From positions 1 through 55,829 of the forward strand of contig CDRNVI010000101.1 in the NCBI GenBank assembly GCA_977017575.1: a stretch of DNA of 55,829 bases, in the 5' to 3' direction. The notes below the pieces were generated by a model, which did not search any database, was not told where the DNA came from, and saw nothing but the letters and a program-made list of their open reading frames with translations. A program made the position numbers and the translations under genes. Below are positions 22,165 through 33,042 of this stretch, piece by piece. Each line of letters begins with the position of its first letter. Position 1 is the stretch's first letter. Origin of the DNA: Paramoeba atlantica (taxonomy: Eukaryota; Protista; Discosea).

Positions 22165-25100
22165 CTAGTCATACAGCGCAAATACCTCACATTGAATAAT
22201 GTGAAACTCATTTCTCACACAGCCCTGCACAAGGGGAGGGCTGCAAAAGGAGGGACAGCACTCCGTGGTGCCGGTGTGGAGGTCAGCGGCGAGACACAGG
22301 GCTGGACCGTAGCACGTTCCCTTCTCACTCACCTCCACACCACGGCTGTTACACGGTTGTTCGGTTTCCACTACCTCCTTATGGGGTAACCCTCCCGAAA
22401 CCTGCGCCTTCACAGCGCTGATGATGTTTGTGTTCACATCAGAACAAGCACCTAATTCTTGTTTGAAGATTGTCTTAATAGATCGGTTATCTTGTGAGAT
22501 GCATGGCGTCTCACTCGGTCCCGTCATATCCTTCGCGGGATCTACAAGATTGGCTCCACAGGAGTCTTTGTCTTGCGAGATGAATTCTGTCTCACCAGGA
22601 TAAATATTATCCTTTGTTAGATTGGCTCTACAAGAGTCGTTTTCCTCTTGTGAGATGAATTCACCAGGACGCCTCATGTCCTTTGCTCGACTTGACCCAC
22701 AAGAGTCTTTTTTATCCTGTGAGGGGAGTCGATGCAACGAAGGGGATGGTGTTCCCCGGGAGCTGTGCTTTCCAATGGAAAGGGTTTGAGGGGCGCATCG
22801 AAGCACCCCGGGCTCTGCCGCAACAAAGCGCTGCGCATGAGGAAAAAGGGTAAAGACTAAACCGTGTTCTGGAAAGGAACCTTTTTCGGGTGGGATGGGC
22901 CTTGGAGAATCTAAGCAAAAGGGAGAGGATGGAGAGGGCGTGTCGATGGGTTTCTGGGGTCGGGGCAGAGGCGAACGTGCAGGGCTGAGACTGGGATTAT
23001 GAGGGCTTCGGGTCAGGGAACACTCAAAGGTTCCAGGAAGGATGGCGCCGATAAGAACCCGACGGGTTTTAGGAGGAACGGTTTCTTTTTTGGAATTTGA
23101 GTCGTGTTCGGATGGCTCCAAGATTCTTTCAGTAGAACTCGGTTTTGTTGCGTCTTCTGTTGTTTCCAAAATTCGGACACCTTTTTCAAAAACTCGTGGA
23201 GGAGACTTTGGGACGTATGGAAGTGAAGAATCAAACGGGAAAGAAGAAAACTCCGAAGCTGATTTGGATTTCAAATTCTCTGTTTTGTCATAAGATTTGC
23301 TTTCAGTATTCAGATCAGCACGTATCTCCGTATGCTTCGGCGTGGCATGAAGCAAAAGTAACGTACTGACAACTCCTTTCTTTCGAGCTTTTTTCATACT
23401 CTCGTTAAGTGTTTTTATACGCGCGTAAAGTGTATGAAGAGACCATCCATGTACCGATGTGCTGTACGCTAACGCAAGCGTATGGCCACAGGAAAATCCG
23501 AGTGAGTCATACCAGAGCACAAAAAGATCCTCCCAAATCATTGGTGTAGTAAGAATTACGCTTTCTCCCTCAATTTCGGGGCGATTGGAAATGGAGAGAC
23601 GACCAACGCCTCTTCGAAGTTCATCCCAAAGTGTGCTTGCAGATTTTGACGTAAATGAATCGGGATCTCGATGGTAATCGCTGCACGTGCGAGATGAAGA
23701 AACTTTCGAGGAGTGTTGCTCTACGTCTTGATGCTCTTCTAAGGTCAGTAATTCTCGTCGGCTCAATTTCCATTTGTAAGAACGAGTCATGAAAGTATCC
23801 CAGTATTCCTTTGCGAAGGTCTTCTTTTTTGCAAGCTCCAGAAGAGAAGACACAGAGCGACAAGTGGGTAAGTGTTCAGCGAAATCAACTGTCAGCGTTA
23901 GAGCGAAGCGAAGTAACACTTTGACACCTTCATTTAAGTACGCATCAAATAGGTGTACCGCATAGTGTAATGGGAAAACCGTCGTAAACATTGTACACAA
24001 CAAATGATGCAGCAAATGGGCAAGATCCACACGATGTGCGACAAATAACGATGCAGTGCGAGCGCTTTTATAAGACACTAAGGCTGGAAAGCTGCACAAC
24101 GTTTTTGTATAGCTCGTAAAACACACTGGAAGATAATACACTGCTTCGTTTCGCCAAGGCAGCTTCGAGACACGAATCATTCCTACAATACTCGAAAGAG
24201 CCTCCTCGGGAGATAGAAACAAAAGGAGTAAGGAGAGAGCGACGGGTAACATGGGAGCGCAATGTATTTCTGGAAACTTATGTGCCACCACCCCAAGTAA
24301 GAGCTTGAAAATCTTTTCTCCATAACTCGTGAGCCACTTAGCTACCTGGGTAAGATCATGCAATGCAAAACAAGGTGTTTTGCGGGGACAAAAATCTGGA
24401 AATCGTTGCAATAAATTTTCCCAATGATAGGTTTGACTTAGCGCGACATCGAAATAGTGGGGCCGCGTGTCCAGCATTTGCCGGGCTTGTGTGAGTGTAA
24501 GCCAAACCGGCCTGCGAAATACGAAAGGGATCCCATCACGGATTAGTTTTTTCCACTGTACCTCTTTGTAATTCACGACGGGGGCCGTATTTTTTTCAAA
24601 GCGTGCTGACCAAATTGCCTTCCGAGCTTCTTCTGTTTCTGAGGCTGTTGCCGGATAGGTCGCAAAAAAGTAGTTCACATCGACTTGAGCAACTTGGAGT
24701 TGGTGTTCACGTTTAATATTTTGAAGCGAATGAGAAGGAAGAGATCCTTCTTTTACGTCTTCCAAGCTCTGACTAGGCTTACGATGGAAAGGCATGAGTA
24801 GAGAAAACGATCTACGTGGTCGGGTTGCGCAGGAAATTTTCGAGGATTCCTTCTCGACATTTGTTTGAGGGAAAGCAGAAAAATTCTGGATATGTTCGTT
24901 GTGTTCATCTTTTCTTCGCGGGTTCAGCACACTAGTTTTTCTTCTGGGTTTCGGATACTGTGATTTGATTCCAGGTCCAGGCAGAGATTTCGAGGAGGCG
25001 TTGTATTTTAATGCTTCATTTCCCGGCTCTAAATTTGATTCCCACGCGCATGAATGTTCAATCATTTCCCAAACCAATACAATCGAGTTATGGACAAAGC

Positions 25101-25872
25101 ACTCAGAAGGAATCACCCAAGAGTTACGTTTCGTCAATCGTACGTAACCTTTGTGCGTGGAATCAAAATAGCGAAGCGCAGACGAAGTTGGTAGATTGGC
25201 TGCTCCATGGAAATTTGTGTTCTCTGCGACACGTTCTGTAAAAGGATCTGTGTTTGAATGATCTTGATCTATATACAACTTGTCAGAAATTACATTTTCA
25301 ACGTCGGCAAACGAAATCTGACACTCGTTCGAAGATTGCAGCTTACTCCGTAGCAAATGTCTTCGAATGCAGTGCGCGTTGTGGAGATTTTCATTCTGGT
25401 AGCACAACTCCACATCAAAAATATTTACAACCTTTGGGGTGATATGAAATACTTTATCCGGTTCATGAGATGTGGGCCTTGAAGACGTGATGAAGTCTGA
25501 GTCTTGAATATCTGTGAGCGGGTTTATTCCGGTGGCATTATTTTGATAAAGCCGCGATTGCTGAAACATGTTCAGATATTCCTGCGGACGCTTAATTTCG
25601 ATCCAACCAGTGGAATCATTTACGAAAATAGACTGTAGAGGCTGAAAGTGAAGCAGAAGTTCGTCTTCGAAAAGCACGTTAAGGAAGAGGTCATGGGATA
25701 GTATGTGAGAGGTGGTGGCTGGGTCAAACTGTTCGGATCTCGTGTGCTCTTCTATTTTTGATTCATCAACTGAAATCGATAACGTGCGCTGAATCACTCG
25801 AACAAAATCTTCGTCGAATTCATCAAATACACGGAGCAAAACGGAAATGTGAATCTCATCTTTGAGAGGCAT
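22165..25872 (-). CDS. TBC (RabGAP) + TLDc domain protein, TBC1D24-like architecture
   Basis: WKKLIRDGIP...RRPVWL and HLFDAYLNEGVKVLLRFAL (TBC); LAYSTSVHGWSLHTLY, IGAIL, FVFTL-like GLVFTL and ALCL...GTT..C.SF.SPPL...EVFAL (TLDc). Confidence 0.85.
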   Translation of the reverse strand: MPLKDEIHISVLLRVFDEFDEDFVRVIQRTLSISVDESKIEEHTRSEQFDPATTSHILSHDLFLNVLFEDELLLHFQPLQSIFVNDSTGWIEIKRPQEYLNMFQQSRLYQNNATGINPLTDIQDSDFITSSRPTSHEPDKVFHITPKVVNIFDVELCYQNENLHNAHCIRRHLLRSKLQSSNECQISFADVENVISDKLYIDQDHSNTDPFTERVAENTNFHGAANLPTSSALRYFDSTHKGYVRLTKRNSWVIPSECFVHNSIVLVWEMIEHSCAWESNLEPGNEALKYNASSKSLPGPGIKSQYPKPRRKTSVLNPRRKDEHNEHIQNFSAFPQTNVEKESSKISCATRPRRSFSLLMPFHRKPSQSLEDVKEGSLPSHSLQNIKREHQLQVAQVDVNYFFATYPATASETEEARKAIWSARFEKNTAPVVNYKEVQWKKLIRDGIPFVFRRPVWLTLTQARQMLDTRPHYFDVALSQTYHWENLLQRFPDFCPRKTPCFALHDLTQVAKWLTSYGEKIFKLLLGVVAHKFPEIHCAPMLPVALSLLLLFLSPEEALSSIVGMIRVSKLPWRNEAVYYLPVCFTSYTKTLCSFPALVSYKSARTASLFVAHRVDLAHLLHHLLCTMFTTVFPLHYAVHLFDAYLNEGVKVLLRFALTLTVDFAEHLPTCRSVSSLLELAKKKTFAKEYWDTFMTRSYKWKLSRRELLTLEEHQDVEQHSSKVSSSRTCSDYHRDPDSFTSKSASTLWDELRRGVGRLSISNRPEIEGESVILTTPMIWEDLFVLWYDSLGFSCGHTLALAYSTSVHGWSLHTLYARIKTLNESMKKARKKGVVSTLLLLHATPKHTEIRADLNTESKSYDKTENLKSKSASEFSSFPFDSSLPYVPKSPPRVFEKGVRILETTEDATKPSSTERILEPSEHDSNSKKETVPPKTRRVLIGAILPGTFECSLTRSPHNPSLSPARSPLPRPQKPIDTPSPSSPFCLDSPRPIPPEKGSFPEHGLVFTLFPHAQRFVAAEPGVLRCAPQTLSIGKHSSRGTPSPSLHRLPSQDKKDSCGSSRAKDMRRPGEFISQEENDSCRANLTKDNIYPGETEFISQDKDSCGANLVDPAKDMTGPSETPCISQDNRSIKTIFKQELGACSDVNTNIISAVKAQVSGGLPHKEVVETEQPCNSRGVEVSEKGTCYGPALCLAADLHTGTTECCPSFCSPPLVQGCVRNEFHIIQCEVFALYD

Positions 25873-26202
25873 TTCGGAGTAATTGTTCGAAAAACAAATC
25901 TTCTCTTGAGAGCAAATTTCGTAAAAATGAAAAGAATAGAGATTTCTGAATTATTCCTCTTCTCAATATGATCCTCTATCTCAATACAAAATACTACAAA
26001 AGTGCACTTAATCCATTTTCATTCAACAGTATCTTAATCAAACTTATCCAGCTTTAACAGTATCCCTCATAAATTTGTATCCAGAGCTGCTTTCTTCATT
26101 TCTTCCTTTCGCTATTTCCACTTCTTCATTGTTTTCTTTATTTCTCAACTTCTCCCTCTTTCATCTCCACCCTTCCTCCCCACCCCTTCCTTCCCCCTCT
26201 CC

Positions 26203-26724
26203 TCACCGTCTTCCTCCTCCCCTCCCTCCTTTCCCTCCCCCCCTCCCCCCTTGTCGAGCATACCCCCCCTGTCCCCTCCCCGCGGCGGACTGCGGCATCG
26301 CCACACTCACCCCCGCCTCCCCCGCCCCCCCGTGCTGTCCCCCGCGCTCCCCCGCCGCGCGCTGCACGGTGCTGGGGCGGGAGCACGGCAGCCCCTCGAC
26401 CATCTTCCACGTCTCCTCATCCACCACGATCCCGGAGGTGGCGGTCTGGTCCACGATGGAGACCTCGGGGACGTAGTCCATCCGCTTCTCCCGCTCCTCC
26501 TCCTGGAGCCTCAGCGAGATGCCGCGGACGGGCCCGAGCGCGATGCGTTTGATCAGGTGGGTGGTGTACCCGGTGATCTTGTTCCGCAGGCGCCGGGAGG
26601 GGATAGTCCCGATGTCGAGGAGGATGCGCTTGTTGGTGTAGTAGTCCCGGGTGAGTTTGGGGTAGTACCGCTCGACAATGAGCCGGGAGGCACGTTTGAT
26701 GGTCTTGGTACGGACTTTGCCCAT
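26203..26724 (-). CDS. RPS17: 40S ribosomal protein S17 (eS17) with RGG-rich tail
   Basis: MGKVRTKTIKRASRLIVERYY...RNKITGYTTHL...GPVRGISLRLQEEERE; ATG at 26724 preceded by a pyrimidine tract. Confidence 0.97.
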   Translation of the reverse strand: MGKVRTKTIKRASRLIVERYYPKLTRDYYTNKRILLDIGTIPSRRLRNKITGYTTHLIKRIALGPVRGISLRLQEEEREKRMDYVPEVSIVDQTATSGIVVDEETWKMVEGLPCSRPSTVQRAAGERGGQHGGAGEAGVSVAMPQSAAGRGQGGYARQGGRGGGKGGRGGGRR

Positions 26725-26890
26725 GGTGGAGGGGAAAAAAGTAGAGTAGGTAAGAAAGTAAAGAATGTGAAAAAAGGTGCAAAAATAGAGGAAGAGAACA
26801 TTATGGAAAATAAAAGAGTAGAGAACAGAAAATGCGAAAAACAGAAAATAGAACGAAAATGCTACCCTGTAAGTTACACTTCCAGAACGT

Positions 26891-27499
26891 TTATTGAAGT
26901 GGAGCATACTCTATCCATGATGCAGGAATCTTCCAACATGCTTGAGTAGGCATGTGACTTCGAGCTATCTTTCCACGAAGTCCAGGATTCCCCGTTATGT
27001 CGAATGCAGCAGTAGGCTTCATAAGAGTCGTGTGCTGCAAACACGAAAGATCCACAAATCCGGTGAATCTACAACTGGATACATTTAACACATCAATGTT
27101 AGGCGGAAGATGGGCAAAGTCTGGCTCCCCTGTAAAAAAATTGTGTTGAAGCCACATGCACGTCAAAGGCTGAGGTAAGGTTGTGAAGTCAACATCGCCA
27201 CCCAACCGATTCATCAGCAGCCGGGCTTGTTGTATCGTACGCGGTAAATACAGCCAATGTAATGTCCCATTCAGTTCACGTTGACGCCATCTTAAATCAA
27301 CTATACTCTTAGATTTGTCACATTCCACGCCGTCCCACTCGCAGGCAGCCGTATGCGTATCCCATGAGGGGTGCGGGTTCTTAACATCACGGACAAATTT
27401 AGCAAGTTCGTATTCCTGCGGCAGAGCAACGCCCTTTACCTTACCTGCACGTGCTGCTGAGGGTGCAACGTCGGCTGCCTCATACAATAGGAGTGACAT
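26891..27499 (-). CDS. Short LRR protein (AAD...RAGKVKGVALPQEY subfamily)
   Basis: ACEWDGVEC cap and LRRs; intact 202-aa ORF. Confidence 0.85.
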   Translation of the reverse strand: MSLLLYEAADVAPSAARAGKVKGVALPQEYELAKFVRDVKNPHPSWDTHTAACEWDGVECDKSKSIVDLRWRQRELNGTLHWLYLPRTIQQARLLMNRLGGDVDFTTLPQPLTCMWLQHNFFTGEPDFAHLPPNIDVLNVSSCRFTGFVDLSCLQHTTLMKPTAAFDITGNPGLRGKIARSHMPTQACWKIPASWIEYAPLQ

Positions 27500-27583
27500 G
27501 GATACCTTAATTCTATGGGGATACCATTGATATTAATTTGAACTAGAAAGGTTCTAATTAAAAAAATCTAATTGAATAATGTA

Positions 27584-27762
27584 CTGCCCCCCCGTTTAAG
27601 TGTACCTCGCTTTCCGTGAAAGGTGCGCTTAAACGGGGGGGGTCTGAATCAGTACATAAAAAAGATTTGGCGCCGCTTCGCGGCGCCGAAGTCTGCACCT
27701 CAACTCTATGTGCGCTTAAACGGGGGCGTCTGACCGGGTGCGCTTAGGGGGAGGGGGGACAG
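27584..27762. mobile_element. 179-bp MITE
   Basis: CTG(C/T)CCCCCC termini; TA at 27582-27583 and 27763-27764; central GGCGCCGCTTCGCGGCGCC hairpin. Confidence 0.65.
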
Positions 27763-28109
27763 TAATCGAAAAAAAAGTTTCTGATGATCGCTTACTTAGT
27801 AATGCAGAAAATGCCGATCAGTAAGAACTAATACGTGATTTAAACTTTGTAGATTAGTACCCAGAATGTCCGCCGTCATTTTCTAATTCGGAGTCTTTTG
27901 TGTTTAGGGTTTGTAGGTCTTGTTTTCACAGTTTCACAAAAGGGAAAAATGTACGTGAGGGATACAAATTTGCTAAACATCATGTTTTATATTCCATGAG
28001 AGCTCTAAGGAGCCATTAAAAAAGAAATGCAGCAAGGCTATTAGCTATGAGGACGAGATTCATCAAACGCGATTAAAACGAGCAAAAATGCAAAGGACAT
28101 AATTTCATA

Positions 28110-28250
28110 AAACATAAAAAAATGCAAAAAAATGGGTGCGCTCCAGAAAAATGGTATCAAAAAACCAGTTTTTTTTGGACCTAGGGGGTCCCAGGGGGTC
28201 CCTATGAAAAAAAGGCGGCAAAGGCCTTCGCCAGGAAAACCTTCCCGACC
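28110..28250 (+). repeat. Subterminal fragment of the 19461-20378 Tc1 family
   Basis: AAAAAAxCAGTTTTTTTGGACC.AGG.GG..CCAGGGGGTC..TAT.AAAAAAAGGCGGCA resembles the reverse complement of 19560-19680. Confidence 0.5.
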
Positions 28251-28490
28251 CGTCTCCGAAACACACAACTCGCAGACAATTCAACATCCCTTTTTGTTCT
28301 CCAAAATCAGAAAACCTTTCTTTTAAGTAGTTCCGGAAGCATTCTCCAGTCGCTTCCGGTCCCCTAGAAAAAAGGTCGGGGTGTGTCCATTAGCTGAAAC
28401 AATTTGGCACAGGATTGCAGGAGCGGGTTACATGGGTTCTAATGTCCCAGCCTTTATGGACGCTATCTTTAGCGTCCATAAAGTCTTTTG

Positions 28491-31163
28491 CGAGCGAACG
28501 CGGGCACAAATTAAGGAATGTCGCAAAGCGATCAAGCTGAGGGAGGAGGAAGCTACAATGCAACGCAGAGATCTAGATGAAAGATGGGCCGCACAGAGAT
28601 TCTCTAGAAACTCGTGGACCGCGGCATCCGAAACGATTGATAAACCTAACGGAAGAGAGGTAGAAAACACCGCATTTCCCACCTGTGACAGATCTAGCAT
28701 TGAATCATACTTTCAAGAAAGTTTTACCCCCAATGAGCAATCCTCGCGTCTCCCTCCTTCAGATCTACTAGGTCCGACAGCTAGCCAGCCAATGCAATGG
28801 AACCCGATCTCCCGTGAGGATGTCACTGCAGCTGTCACAATGAAGCGCAACGCCAGTTCTCCAGGAACCGACACGATAACTAACAAAATACTCAAAAACT
28901 GCCCATCGACACACGAATACTTTGCATCTGTGTTCAACGATATAATGACTTTCTCTGTGTGCCCGCTATCATGGAAAACCGCAGTAACCAGGCTGATATA
29001 TAAAGCAGGTAGCAAAGAAAATCCGAAAAACTGGCGCCCGATCTCCCTTACTAGTGCTCTAGGTAAAACCTTTCACACGATCATCGCACATCGACTGACT
29101 CAACACCTGACTGAACACCATGTCATTGACCCTCAAATACAAAAAGGCTTTCTCCCTTCCATTAACGGTACACTGGAACACACCCAAACTCTTTGCTCAC
29201 TCCTGCGACATTACCAGAAACACAAAACTCAATATTGCCTCGCACAACTCGACCTGAGCAATGCCTTCGGGTCTGTCCCACATCATATCATACATGCCGC
29301 TCTGAAATGGGCCCAAGTACCGCCGGAGGTCATCCACTACATCAAAAATACCCTAACGGATGCGCACATGCGCATTAAGTGCTAGGAAGGTCTTACGCAA
29401 CCTATCTCTATACGAAAAGGTGTCCTCCAAGGGGATACCCTCTCTCCTATTGTCTTCCTGATAGTGATGTAAATTGTTTTGCGATATGTCCGATTCTCCT
29501 GCCCCCACTTCGGTATGAAACTCCCAAACGGTCTGAACAACTTCCTTAAGGCTTTTGCTGATAACTTAACTATTCTTACTGAAAGCGACGGAGACATGCA
29601 AAACGCACTTGATGCAGTTACCAAAGTGCTGGGCGAGCTAGGCCTTAAGATTAACGTGAACAAGAGTCGAATACAGTGCATGAGCACCCGTAAAGGCGAG
29701 GAACATCCAGGCTATATGACAAGACGTCCGGAAATAAAAGTCTACGGAGAGACCATACCACACATATGTGATGTCGGTAGCACCTTCCTCGGGATGACCT
29801 TGGCACCGGGGTCCCAACAACTGAAAGAGCTGTTTCGTAAACTCGACTCAAAACTAAAACAGTGGATGGAGAACATCACACAAAGTGCCCACAGCCTTCC
29901 CGCTAAGCTTTTGATGTACAAAAATGCCGTTCTCTCACGTCTCCGTTTTCAGTTCGTTATTCACCCGTCGTTAATTTCACCCATCGTTATTCGGATCCGT
30001 GCTACGCCTTCAGAAGCGAGCCACGTCTCACATACGGAAATGGATAAACATGGCGTGTGCCGGAAGCTCTGAAGTCCTGTACTCTTGCCGAGGCTGGAAC
30101 CTTACGAGCCTGTCAAAACTTTGGTACGAATGCACGGGAGAATCTATGACGCAAATGAACAAATCCAAAGATCCAAATGTCCTACATACACTTCGCATAC
30201 GCATACAGGAAGAGCAACACAAACGTCAAAGAGGTCAAATATGACCCGCTACTTTAATTACAGAACATCTGGATGATCCCCGAATGACTCATCAACGGCT
30301 TCGTGAAGCACATGAGGAGCAGCAACGCGCGCCCATCGCAGCCCTATGGTGGCAATTTCCTACGGATCCAGAAATGGCCCAAGAATTCGCTTCTGCCATA
30401 AATGGGATCCGGAATGCGAAGATCTCCCGCTTTGTAGCATCCGTCATGACTCTTACACCGCTCCCTTCCCGAGCAGCGCTTGTTCAATGGGGCCGCAGCA
30501 CCTACAGTAACATGAAATGCCCTATTTGCAACGACCGAGTGCAAACCGTCAGACACACCCTTTCCGCCTGCACCACTTCACTTCAGCAAGGACGATATAC
30601 TTTCCGTCATAACCTTGTCCTTGCCGAATTTGCGAAACATATTAGGGAAGCACAGGGAACTGAGTTTTCATATTTCGACCTACCAGGAGAGCGTAACCCA
30701 CCAGCTTGGCTGAGGGAACACGATACACTGCTCCGTCCCGACGGTTACATTAAACTTCACAATGGGACAGAGTTCCTCATCGAACTCACAGTCCCATGGG
30801 AGGAGAATGCGGAGAACGCTCATCGGAGAAAATCCGAGAAGTACAACATCCTTTTACATACACGGCGACAGGAAAACCCGGACACCTACATAATAGCCTT
30901 TGAAATAGGTGCCCGGGGATTCCCCAATGGGTCATGCAAATATAGTAATGCCATCTTTAACGGCGACCATATTTTGGCCACAAAGTGTCGAGAAAGCATG
31001 ACACAGATGGCCCTCAGGGGGAGTTACATACTCTGGGCTCGCCGAAATGAGGCGACATGGTCGGAGGAGGAAACGTATTGACATTGTCTTCTAAAAAGGG
31101 GGCAATCCCGATGAATGCGGGTCATACCCCCGACTTACTCTACTGGAAAGTATGAAAAATAAA
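28491..31163 (+). mobile_element. RLE-type non-LTR retrotransposon, 5'-truncated copy 1 (defective)
   Basis: RT motifs PGTD, WRPISL, QKGF, LDLSNAFGSV, GVLQGDTLSP, FADN; CPIC...H...C knuckle; RHN, RPDG, IELTVPWEE, RKSEKY; ends TATGAAAAATAAA; near-identical to 38316-40991. Confidence 0.95.
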
Positions 31164-31292
31164 GATCTATTTACAGCTATTTCTACTTTGGGACCCTGCA
31201 GTTTGTGACATGTTTTCGCATTTGTACGACGACTGTTTCACTCCTTTCGTAACGAACCTGCAACAGGCATCTCCATTTATTTTAAATACATT

Positions 31293-31904
31293 TCAAGACT
31301 CCTTTTGAACCCATAATGCAGGAATCTTCCACCATGCTTTAGTTGGAAAAATACTGCGAGCTATTGTTCCATTAAGCCCAGGATTCCCCAGTATAGCGAG
31401 TGTAGCAGTGGGCTTTGCAAGACTCGAGTGCACCAGACAGGAAAGATCCACAAATCCTGTGAATCGACAATTCGATACATTTAATATATTAATGTTGGGG
31501 GGTAGATGGGTCAAGTCCAGCTCCCCTGTAAATAAATTGTTTTGAACCCACAAGTTCAGTAAAAGTTCAGGCAAGGTTGCGAAGTCAACATCGCCACCCA
31601 ACTGATTCGTCATCACCCGGGCTCGTTGCATCGTACGCGGCAAATGCAGCCAACGTAATGACCCTTTCAGCGCACGTGAATACCATCTTACTTCGCTTAT
31701 ACTTTTAGATTCGTCACATTCCACACCGTTCCACTCGCAGGCAGGCGTATGCGTATCCCACGAGGGGTGCGGGTTCCTAACACCACGGACAAATTTAGCA
31801 AGTTCGTATTCTTGCGGCAGAGCAACGCCCTTTACCTTACCTGCGCGTGTCGCTGAGGATGTAGCATCGGCTGCCTCACACAATAGGAGCGAAGAACGTG
31901 TCAT
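31293..31904 (-). CDS. Short LRR protein (AAD subfamily)
   Basis: Intact 203-aa paralogue of 26891-27499. Confidence 0.85.
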   Translation of the reverse strand: MTRSSLLLCEAADATSSATRAGKVKGVALPQEYELAKFVRGVRNPHPSWDTHTPACEWNGVECDESKSISEVRWYSRALKGSLRWLHLPRTMQRARVMTNQLGGDVDFATLPELLLNLWVQNNLFTGELDLTHLPPNINILNVSNCRFTGFVDLSCLVHSSLAKPTATLAILGNPGLNGTIARSIFPTKAWWKIPALWVQKES

Positions 31905-32237
31905 AATATTCTCGGGAGTGAACTCGGATGAATCAAGACTAGTTCTAGAACAAAAAACATTGCAATCGAAGTTCTCTCAATCGTTTTCCGTACATTGTGC
32001 TGCCCCGCACATAAATAAACTTATAAATGACTATGCAGTTTATCATACCCCCGGTATTCTGCGAAAGTACGGATACCTTATGTTAAATAGCACTATGTAA
32101 TTGCTGATTAAGTTGATTTGATGATCATGCGCTCGTTGGCACAGATATAATTCCCCTATTGCGATGGCCGATATCACCACGAAGGTCCACTCGGGCCCTA
32201 CATTGGGTCCACTGTAAACCCTGTTCTGGGTTAATGT

Positions 32238-32720
32238 GCCTATAGCTAATTATTGTGCCGGGGGGCACAATAAGTGGGAAGGACCGCTATTATTATGCCC
32301 CCCGCAAGTAAAAAGGGGTCTTAAGACAATTTTCGCGACTGCTGCAGACGAGGCATTGCGGTAGTCGAAAAATCTAAACCAAAAAATTCATCACGTTGGC
32401 TCGGCATTGACATTTCATAAATATTTTCGGCCTCTATAACAAAAAGGCACTGCGAAGCGGCGCCATTTTTTTTGGGGGCTTTTTCACGAAGGCTAATTAA
32501 AGGGCTGAAACCAGTAAAATGCAAACCCAGGTAAATACAGTCAGGTCCCAAGAGAAACCAATGGCAAAGGTATTTGGCGTTTTTTCGGTTATGGAGTTCG
32601 CTGGAGGATCCGGGTAGGGGGTCTAGGAGGCTACAGTGGGATATATGGAAGGTATTCGGGGTGACTATAGCCACGTATTTTGCCTATAGCTGGTTATTGT
32701 GCCGGGGGGGGGCACAATTA
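32238..32720. repeat. Segment bounded by a directly repeated palindrome TTATTGTGCC(G)nGGCACAAT
   Basis: GCCTATAGCT..TTATTGTGCCGGGGGGCACAAT at 32238-32271 and 32682-32718; probable MITE remnant. Confidence 0.45.
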
Positions 32721-33042
32721 CTCGGAACAGGGTTATTTTGTAATTAATGAGCAGATGTGGGTGAGGCCAAAACGAGATCACGCGAGATCACATGAGATCG
32801 CGCTAGCCCCTCAAATGAAGCATTTTGTTTTCGCAAATCGAAGAAAAGAACCGAATTAGAAGTTTTAACTAGAAGACCTTTCTGTTGGAGAGGGGTTACG
32901 TTCTAAACATCGAAATGTAAAAGGGGTTCTGACAAGACACATACATGTACGATCGAGGGGTCACCGCAACTACTTTGTCTCTTGCAAAAGGATTGATAAA
33001 TACTTCTACAAGTACGTTACTTGTAGAAACTCTGAGAGAATG

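Noticed and set aside
26075-26949. Long plus-strand ORFs antisense to RPS17 (and similar ones over 47976-49396)
   Set aside because: These are shadow ORFs caused by GC-rich, low-complexity coding sequence on the opposite strand.
29383-30244. Stop-codon reassignment (TAR=Glu, TGA=Trp, as in Blastocrithidia) suggested by IVM*IVLR and QI*PA in the RT
   Set aside because: Host ORFs of 1235 and 1465 aa and the first 1059 aa of the element have no in-frame stops. The same element also has a 16-bp frameshifting duplication and a catalytic D-to-N change, so decay is the simpler explanation.
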